Assembly (NCBI GenBank): GCA_964414525.1
Contig: CAYPWN010000003.1
Location: forward strand, 1 to 54,339
Direction of reading: 5' to 3'
From: an uncultured Candidatus Poseidoniales archaeon
Lineage (GTDB): Archaea; Thermoplasmatota; Poseidoniia; Poseidoniales; Thalassarchaeaceae
Length of the DNA: 54,339 bases
Notes under the pieces: model-generated
What the model was told of the DNA's origin: nothing
Database searches by the model: none
Seen by the model: the letters and a program-made list of their open reading frames with translations, nothing else
Part shown: one piece after another, positions 48,020-54,339 of the stretch
Numbering within the stretch: the first letter of the stretch is position 1
How the letters are laid out: every line of letters starts with the position of its first letter
Translations under genes and position numbers: made by a program

Positions 48020-48718
48020 ATGCTATTCTGGGTCGTTCTATTCGGTGTTTTGGGAGCGTACGGATACTACCTAAGTAGGCTACAGCCGTTCCCCGAAAAT
48101 GGTGGTCGGTTCGCTGCTGTACTTCTTTTTTCGGCCCTAATTCTTTGGATTGCAAGTACAAGCCCTAGGGAGACGGAGGGAGACTTGCCCGCAGTAGTTT
48201 CCGCACTTCTTGGCGGGATCTTCGTCATCTCAGGGATAAGGAGTATGAGCGTCACAAAGACCGATGTGATCGTGGCACCCCTAGGTGGGGTGCTTTTCTG
48301 CGTTGGTGGAATCTACCTCCTCTCTGCAAGATGGGAATTCGCAGGCCAGTCTGAGCAGATTGGGTCATTCGTTCTAGCTAGTACGATGGTTACAATCGAG
48401 TTGTACTTGGCCTTCAGAGGATTGGTGTTGGGGGTACCCGGAATAGCTTGGTCAAAGTCCGGGCTTAGGCAAATCCACAGAGGGTTGTTGCTAGGTCCGA
48501 AGGGGGCAATTGCTCACTTCGAAAAGTCCTGGGATATGGAGGAGCAGTGGATCAATTCGATGAGCTACGCGGCACTTATTCTAATTCATCGACATCTGGG
48601 GAACTCCTCTGAAGAGGCTGAAAGCCTGGAAGAATTAGAGAAGTTGGGAGGGTGGGATTCGGTGGACTCTTCGTGGACCGAGGCAATAGAGCAAGGTCTG
48701 TCATCTTCAGCAAATTAG
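48020..48718 (+). CDS. Hypothetical integral membrane protein with helical C-terminal domain
   Basis: About five hydrophobic segments from ATG 48020, then an amphipathic TPR-like tail. Confidence 0.7.
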   Translation: MLFWVVLFGVLGAYGYYLSRLQPFPENGGRFAAVLLFSALILWIASTSPRETEGDLPAVVSALLGGIFVISGIRSMSVTKTDVIVAPLGGVLFCVGGIYLLSARWEFAGQSEQIGSFVLASTMVTIELYLAFRGLVLGVPGIAWSKSGLRQIHRGLLLGPKGAIAHFEKSWDMEEQWINSMSYAALILIHRHLGNSSEEAESLEELEKLGGWDSVDSSWTEAIEQGLSSSAN

Positions 48719-48757
48719 CCAGAGTACGATTGAAAGCAGGAGCCCCCTCGCGCCTTC

Positions 48758-49369
48758 ATGGTCCGAATAAACAGGGTCCATACTGGGGCTGGTGACGGAG
48801 GCAGGACCTCTTTGCTTGATGGGACAAATGTTGGGAAGGATGATCCAAGGGTCGAATTATTCGGGACCATTGACGAATTGAACTCCCAAATTGGTGTCGT
48901 AAGGATGGAACTAGCAAGGATGCCTGGCCTAACTAGGTTCCATAGGCCCGATGATGCTGAGGACGCACTGTCTAGAGTTCAGCAGGAGCTATTCGATCTA
49001 GGTGGAGAGTGCGCGTGCAAACCGGGTAAGCTCCCTGAACAAATGGCGCTAATTAGTATGGAAGAATGTGATAAGCTGGTTGAAGAGATGGATGTCTGGC
49101 TACAGGAGTTGGAGCCCCTTGAGTCATTCATCTTGCCCACCGGAGTTGCGCCAGTGGCTTTCCTCCATGTAGCTAGAACAGTAGCTAGGAGAGCCGAAAG
49201 ACAATCATGTTCTCTGAGAGAACTGGAGGGAGGGGGTTCCGTGAGGGAAGAGGTAATTTGCTATCTGAACAGGATCTCTGACTGGTTATTCGTCATGGCA
49301 AGATGGATTACTATGAACACGGGAGAAGATGAGTCCCTCTGGACCCCAAAGGGGAAGAGGGGTGCTTGA
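48758..49369 (+). CDS. pduO: ATP:cob(I)alamin adenosyltransferase, PduO type
   Basis: T..GD.G.TSL, K...RV..FG.IDELNS.IG, Q..LFDLG, FILP.G, LHVARTVARRAER, YLNR.SD.LF..AR. Confidence 0.95.
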   Translation: MVRINRVHTGAGDGGRTSLLDGTNVGKDDPRVELFGTIDELNSQIGVVRMELARMPGLTRFHRPDDAEDALSRVQQELFDLGGECACKPGKLPEQMALISMEECDKLVEEMDVWLQELEPLESFILPTGVAPVAFLHVARTVARRAERQSCSLRELEGGGSVREEVICYLNRISDWLFVMARWITMNTGEDESLWTPKGKRGA

Positions 49370-49804
49370 TTACAAAATTCGGCCATTTCTCCGAAGATGG
49401 TCCCTTGCTGACCGAAGTAGTTCCTTCTCCTGCTCGAAAGTTACCATATCCTCTGCCTCGTCAAATTGGAGCCAGAGATAGTTGGTGTGCTCGTGAGACA
49501 AAGAGACTGTTAGTTCGTCTGTCTCTGCGATGTACCAGAAAACCTGCTTAGGGGTTTCCCTTCCCCTCCTGGTGAAGGTGTATTCCGTCTTTTTGCTCCA
49601 GACATCTTCAACCACCACATTGGAAATTCCTGTTTCTTCGGTTAGCTCCCTCAGAGCGGTAGAATGGTGACCAGAGTCCGTCTCCTCGACGTGCCCCTTG
49701 GGGAAGCTCCAGTGGCCCTGTGGGTATTGAAGTAGCAATACACTGTCGAAATTTACCAGAATGAATCCGCATGAGGTCTCGAGGGCCCCGGGTTTGCCTT
49801 GCAT
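49370..49804 (-). CDS. NUDIX hydrolase (Ap4A hydrolase-like)
   Basis: HW.FPKGHVE.......ALREL.EETG Nudix box; LSHEH..Y.W. Confidence 0.92.
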   Translation of the reverse strand: MQGKPGALETSCGFILVNFDSVLLLQYPQGHWSFPKGHVEETDSGHHSTALRELTEETGISNVVVEDVWSKKTEYTFTRRGRETPKQVFWYIAETDELTVSLSHEHTNYLWLQFDEAEDMVTFEQEKELLRSARDHLRRNGRIL

Positions 49805-49896
49805 GACTATACTGTGTTTCGCTGAAGGATGAAAACCTTCCGTGAATCGATTCGAAGATGCGAAACCACCATTGGTGTGGTTATTGGCCCCGTGCT

Positions 49897-50892
49897 GTGG
49901 GAATTGATCCTCTAGATCTAGAAATCAGGAGAGTTGTCACTGATAGTGACCTGGACGGGGTAGTCACTGCAGCAATTCTTCGTCGATGGTGGGTAGAAGC
50001 CGAGATTGTGTTTGGCCACCCAGGAGAGCTGCGGGCAGGAATGTTTGACGATAGAATAGACCAGTGGACTGCAATATGCGATTTACCCAGCCATCCGGAT
50101 TGCGGACTTAGCATTGACCATCATCAGTCCAACAAGCCTCAAAGCGATAGGCCTGAAATGCCAGTAGTTGTCTGGAGAGATGCTCCTTCTGCTGCACGTA
50201 TAGCTTTCGATTTGATCTCCAAGAAAGTGGATCTATCCGATCTGACTGATCTGTTGTTTTGGGTGGACAAGCTCGATAGCGGAGGCATTTCACGGGAGGA
50301 GTATCTTGCCGAAGCACCGGCATTATGGCTGAGTTGGGCCATTGATGACGGTGAAGAAACCGCAATGACGGTGTTGGAATTACTGCAAGAGGGCGGCTCT
50401 GTGGACAGTATCCTATCTGAACCTCAGATTTCAGCGATTGTCGAGGAGAGGCGGAGGGAAAGGAGGGCGCTAATTGGAGAGATTGAAGGAAGGATGACGG
50501 TTGTAGATAGATTGGCGATAGTGAGACTTGAGGGCCTAGGAATGAGAACAAATGGATACCAAGTAACTGCAATGGCAGGAGCAGAATGCGATGCATGTAT
50601 GATTATTCACGGGGACGTGGGTGCATCTTTTGGGGAAGGCGGCAGATATCCTGTATCCGCCTCCTTCTACACCAACTCGTTCCTGCATCCCGAAGGAGGA
50701 GTTTTCGATCTAACAAATTTGGCCAAGCGCTTCGACGAGGACGGAGGAGGCCATTCGAATGCATGTGGCTGCAGAATCAAGCCAATCTCCGGGGTGGACA
50801 TCGAAGAGAGGACTGTTACCAGAGATGACATAGAAAGAAACATTGCTGTTTGGCTGGATATTTGGGCTGAACGTGGATTAGAGAATGTTTAG
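49897..50892 (+). CDS. DHH-family phosphoesterase (nanoRNase-like)
   Basis: TDSDLDG, DLP, DHH, PSAAR, VDK.DS, GGGH.NACG. Start uncertain (GTG 49897 or ATG 49858). Confidence 0.87.
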   Translation: MGIDPLDLEIRRVVTDSDLDGVVTAAILRRWWVEAEIVFGHPGELRAGMFDDRIDQWTAICDLPSHPDCGLSIDHHQSNKPQSDRPEMPVVVWRDAPSAARIAFDLISKKVDLSDLTDLLFWVDKLDSGGISREEYLAEAPALWLSWAIDDGEETAMTVLELLQEGGSVDSILSEPQISAIVEERRRERRALIGEIEGRMTVVDRLAIVRLEGLGMRTNGYQVTAMAGAECDACMIIHGDVGASFGEGGRYPVSASFYTNSFLHPEGGVFDLTNLAKRFDEDGGGHSNACGCRIKPISGVDIEERTVTRDDIERNIAVWLDIWAERGLENV

Positions 50893-51342
50893 CAGATACA
50901 GGAAGCCCAGGAAAGCGTGAATAACTACGAGAATGCCCAGCAGATCGCTAATCTTCCCGTGCATTTCCTTGGTCCTAGAGAACCCTTCTCCGGATTGCCT
51001 TTTCTCCTTGGTTCTCCTTCCTAGCCTCCAAAGATACAACATCATCATCAATCCCATTAAACCTGTCAATCCGTGGAAGCTTGGGGCAAGGTAACTGGTT
51101 GCATCTCCATGATCAATTAGCCCTCTAGCGGCATTGGAAGCGAATGCAAGGAGCACAATCCCGACACTAGCTATAGCAATCTTGTCACCTTTAGACTCAT
51201 GTCCGGATACTGCATTCCTCCTTTCCTCGCCTTTCAAGACGGAGGCCTGCTGCCTCCACCTTCTCTGTCTAAAGAACATCCAGATTAGTAAAACGGCTGC
51301 CATCGGATGTGCGAGCACTACTGCTAGTCTAGCCGGGTTCAC
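50878..51342 (-). CDS. DUF4079-like four-TM membrane protein with conserved histidines (cytochrome b561-like)
   Basis: HP in TM1, H before TM2, HG in TM3, H before TM4. Confidence 0.65.
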   Translation of the reverse strand: MNPARLAVVLAHPMAAVLLIWMFFRQRRWRQQASVLKGEERRNAVSGHESKGDKIAIASVGIVLLAFASNAARGLIDHGDATSYLAPSFHGLTGLMGLMMMLYLWRLGRRTKEKRQSGEGFSRTKEMHGKISDLLGILVVIHAFLGFLYLLNIL

Positions 51343-51396
51343 GTACTGTGGACAGGCTGGTTCGACTTAGATTTGGCTAATTTCTCAAACTGCCTG

Positions 51397-52050
51397 TCAC
51401 AGGCTATTTTTCCAAACCGCCCTGTATCTGGTGGATTCCTTATCTGGGATGATTGCTGTGAATATCCCAAGACTTTCAAGTTCGGTACCTATCTCTTCAA
51501 TGTAGTCAATAGGAAGCGGCCAAGGTGGCCCTGTCTGCTCCTCTTCTGAGTCATCGATTCTGCCAATGCAGACTAGATGCCCGCCCGTAGCTACAAGCGG
51601 GGAGAGTCTTTTCGAGGCCATTTTGCTAATCTCTCTGGGGATTGCTTGGAGGATGTGGACCTCTAGAACCAGATCGAACTTGCCGTGCCATGAGTCTGGA
51701 GTGTTGAGTAGGTCCTCCACCACCCATTCTACTGGGATCTGGGGGTGTAGTTTTCTGGCCCATTCTACTGCAGACTCCGATATGTCAAAGGCCGTAACTT
51801 GCCACCCCCTGGTACTCAGAAAGGCTGCATCCTCACCAAGACCGCAGCCTACAACGAGTGCCCTTCCGTGATTACCTTCGAAATTTTCAATCCAGTCAAC
51901 GAGAAACGGATGAGGTTCCTTCCAATCCCACGGAATCAATCCCCTGTCTCTATCAGATTCTTGGTATAGTTCCTCGAACCACGATAGGGGCTGATTCGAT
52001 TCCATTGAACGATTGAACAGGGCTAGCATCCTCTCCCTAGCTTCGTCCAT
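51397..52050 (-). CDS. Class I SAM-dependent methyltransferase (TPMT-like)
   Basis: WFE.LY, IPW...P.P.L..W, ALVVGCGLGEDA, AFDIS..AV, FDLV.E, GPPWPL. Confidence 0.88.
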   Translation of the reverse strand: MDEARERMLALFNRSMESNQPLSWFEELYQESDRDRGLIPWDWKEPHPFLVDWIENFEGNHGRALVVGCGLGEDAAFLSTRGWQVTAFDISESAVEWARKLHPQIPVEWVVEDLLNTPDSWHGKFDLVLEVHILQAIPREISKMASKRLSPLVATGGHLVCIGRIDDSEEEQTGPPWPLPIDYIEEIGTELESLGIFTAIIPDKESTRYRAVWKNSL

Positions 52051-52058
52051 GATTCTGC

Positions 52059-53288
52059 CTACATGTGTGAGACCACGGCTTCCCCAAATTGAGAGCAAGT
52101 AAGCAGAGTAGCCCCATCCATCAGCCTCTCGAAGTCGTAGGTGACGGTTTTTGCTGAAATAGCTCCTTCCATTCCTTTGATTATCAGGTCTGCCGCTTCA
52201 GGCCATCCCATGTGCCTGAGCATCATTTCTGCAGATAGAATCAGACTGCCAGGGTTCACCTTGTCTTGTCCAGTGTATTTGGGGGCAGTGCCATGAGTTG
52301 CCTCGAAAATCGCCACTCCGGTGTCGTAGTTGATGTTCGCTCCGGGAGCAATCCCTATTCCGCCGACTTGGGCAGCCAGAGCATCGGAGATGTAGTCGCC
52401 GTTGAGATTCATTGTGGTAAGGACCCCATACTCTCGTGGACGAGTAAGGACTTGTTGGAGCATGGCGTCGGCGATTACGTCTTTGACTGTAATGGTGCTT
52501 CCATAAATTGGGTTCTCAAATGTGCACCAGGGACCACCTTCCAGTTCGGTGGCACCGAATTCGTCCTTTGCTAACTGGTACCCCCAGTCTCTGAATCCGC
52601 CCTCTGTAAATTTCATGATGTTCCCCTTGTGAACGAGAGTTACGCTATCCCTGTTGTTCTCTATTGCATACTTTATCGCGGCCCTGACTAAACGAGTCGT
52701 TCCCTCCTGGCTAACTGGCTTAATCCCTAGACCAGAGGTTCCCGGGAACCTGATTTTGTCAACTCCCATTTCATTCTGTAGGAAATCTATCACTTTTCGG
52801 GCATCCTCGCTTCCGGCCTCCCATTCGATTCCTGCATAGACATCCTCGCTGTTCTCTCTGAAGATTATCATGTCCACTGCACCCGGATCCTTGACTGGGC
52901 TTGGAGTTCCCTCAAACCATCTGACTGGCCTGACGCATGCATACAGATCTAGTTGCTGTCTTAGAGCCACATTGAGGCTTCGAATGCCCCCCCCCACTGG
53001 CGTTGTGAGTGGGCCCTTGATTGATACCAGTCCATCCCTCATTGACTGCTTGGTTTCCTCGGGAAGCCACTCCCCGGTTGCATCGAATGCCTTCTGACCT
53101 GCTAGGGCCTCTTCCCAGTGAATTCTCCTGTCTCCTAGGTACGCCTTCTCTACTGCGCTATCGACTACGGCCATCATCACAGGAGTGATGTCCGACCCGA
53201 TTCCATCTCCTTCGATGTAGTGTATTACGGGGTTGTCTGGGACGTCTAACTCTCCTGACGAAATCGAAATCCTCCCTCCCTCTGTCAT
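52059..53288 (-). CDS. icd: NADP-dependent isocitrate dehydrogenase (homodimeric type)
   Basis: [82 protein letters not shown]. Confidence 0.97.
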   Translation of the reverse strand: MTEGGRISISSGELDVPDNPVIHYIEGDGIGSDITPVMMAVVDSAVEKAYLGDRRIHWEEALAGQKAFDATGEWLPEETKQSMRDGLVSIKGPLTTPVGGGIRSLNVALRQQLDLYACVRPVRWFEGTPSPVKDPGAVDMIIFRENSEDVYAGIEWEAGSEDARKVIDFLQNEMGVDKIRFPGTSGLGIKPVSQEGTTRLVRAAIKYAIENNRDSVTLVHKGNIMKFTEGGFRDWGYQLAKDEFGATELEGGPWCTFENPIYGSTITVKDVIADAMLQQVLTRPREYGVLTTMNLNGDYISDALAAQVGGIGIAPGANINYDTGVAIFEATHGTAPKYTGQDKVNPGSLILSAEMMLRHMGWPEAADLIIKGMEGAISAKTVTYDFERLMDGATLLTCSQFGEAVVSHM

Positions 53289-53361
53289 GTCTCTCAGTAC
53301 TCCGACAGATTAGGGATAGATGAAGCCAACCCTTGAAGGGGGTGGCTTTCTTCGAAGGTAT

Positions 53362-53754
53362 GTGAAGGGGGAGGTTGTTTGGACCGAGTCAGAAGGCTAT
53401 GTCGGTACTACTGGCGGAGGCAAGAAGTTTGGGATTTATGACACTGATTCACCGAGCCCTATGGAGATGGTGCTTCACGGACACGCGGCCTGCTCTCTTA
53501 TCGATGTCATTGACGGACTAAAACACAGGACGGAAAGGTTGGACTTCATCAAAATAGAAACTGAGGCCGTCAGGGCGCCCGAAGCACCGAAAGTTTTCAC
53601 CTCAGTAAGTATGAGATACATCGTGAAAGGGGACGTACCTGAGACCCTAGTACGAAGGCTAATTGATAGCAGCCACGAGAAGTTTTGCAGCGTTGGAATA
53701 ATGATCACTCGCTCTGGAGCCAGCCTAGACTGGAGTCTGGAGATGCAGCAATAG
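53362..53754 (+). CDS. OsmC-family protein
   Basis: PSPME..L...AACS..DV, R....PKVF, S.EK.CSV. Start GTG 53362 or ATG 53320. Confidence 0.88.
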   Translation: MKGEVVWTESEGYVGTTGGGKKFGIYDTDSPSPMEMVLHGHAACSLIDVIDGLKHRTERLDFIKIETEAVRAPEAPKVFTSVSMRYIVKGDVPETLVRRLIDSSHEKFCSVGIMITRSGASLDWSLEMQQ

Positions 53755-53914
53755 CCGTCAATAGTTGTTGAGTGGAATTGGCAATATTTTGGTAAAATTA
53801 CTCCTCAATGTGGGGTGTCCAATACTAATCATTAAACACCCCCCATCCGGAATCGCAACTCCCTTGCACAGGCGGGACCAATCCTGACTGAATCATTACG
53901 GGAGTGAGAGAAGA

Positions 53915-54339
53915 ATGCAGACAAAGATTACGACGTCCGAGGGTGAACTGAACTCGGAAGAGGGACTGGTGGTAGAGCGACGATTTACGTCGGCTGGCCA
54001 GGATCCATTCGAGTCGTTCGAATGGATTTCCATGGACGTCGAAATCAGAAACCCCGACGGCTCTATGGCCGACTCTATCGAAGGAGTCGCTCTGCCGTCG
54101 GGATTTTCCGGGGTTCCTGGAAAGGTCTGCGCCCAGAAGTATCTGCGCAAGGCGGGTGTTCCGAAGTTCCTTCGGAACGTACCCGAAGAGGGGGTGCCTG
54201 TCTGGCTACAGCGAAGTGAGCCGGACCACGAGCGGCTTCAGACCATTGACGCCGCCGAGAGAATGGGTGGTGAGACCGACGGGAGGCAATTATTCCGTCG
54301 ACTTGCAGGGACCTGGACCTACTGGGGCTGGAAGTATGG
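53915..54339 (+). CDS. nrdJ: Adenosylcobalamin-dependent (class II) ribonucleotide reductase, N-terminal part (runs off the window)
   Basis: Not in the ORF track. Manual translation: MQTKITT..VERRFT..GQDPF..EIRNPDGS..AQKYLRKAGVP..VPEEGVPVWLQRS..GGETD.RQLF.RLAGTWTYWGWK, the N-terminus typical of bacterial-type NrdJ. GGAGTGA Shine-Dalgarno upstream. Confidence 0.9.
   Translation, partial: MQTKITTSEGELNSEEGLVVERRFTSAGQDPFESFEWISMDVEIRNPDGSMADSIEGVALPSGFSGVPGKVCAQKYLRKAGVPKFLRNVPEEGVPVWLQRSEPDHERLQTIDAAERMGGETDGRQLFRRLAGTWTYWGWKY

Overview
An archaeal chromosomal segment, identified as archaeal by gatE, mcm, trm1, pth2, two PAC2-family chaperones and the rpl18e-rpl13-rps9-rpoN-tRNA-Pro cluster. 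It also carries many bacterial-type genes (NAD-dependent ligA, rlmH, nfuA, pduO, class II nrdJ) and very large acidic secreted proteins. This mix suggests Marine Group II Thermoplasmatota (Ca. Poseidoniales), which is an inference. About 44 CDS and two tRNAs (Arg-GCG, Pro-GGG) are supported; no CRISPR array, integrase or transposase was seen. The main candidate for an undescribed system is a remodelled Liv-type amino-acid ABC importer (15870-24325). Its lipoprotein receptor fuses a circularly permuted family-3 (GlnBP-like) domain to two tandem LivJ-like domains, and its single-chain LivH-LivM permease has a TM2-like domain and a GPDG..GT.DD loop inserted. Other highlights are two Orc1/Cdc6 ORB-like boxes upstream of mcm, a cysteine dioxygenase retaining the eukaryote-type Cys/Tyr crosslink residues, a DUF4430 plus ECF-S candidate B12 uptake pair, two coiled-coil paralogues with degenerate HhH-like domains, an RCC1 plus Cys-repeat surface protein, a 2.6-kaa DxDxDG-repeat protein and an esterase that needs a non-canonical start codon. 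All calls come from reading motifs by eye; no database searches were run.
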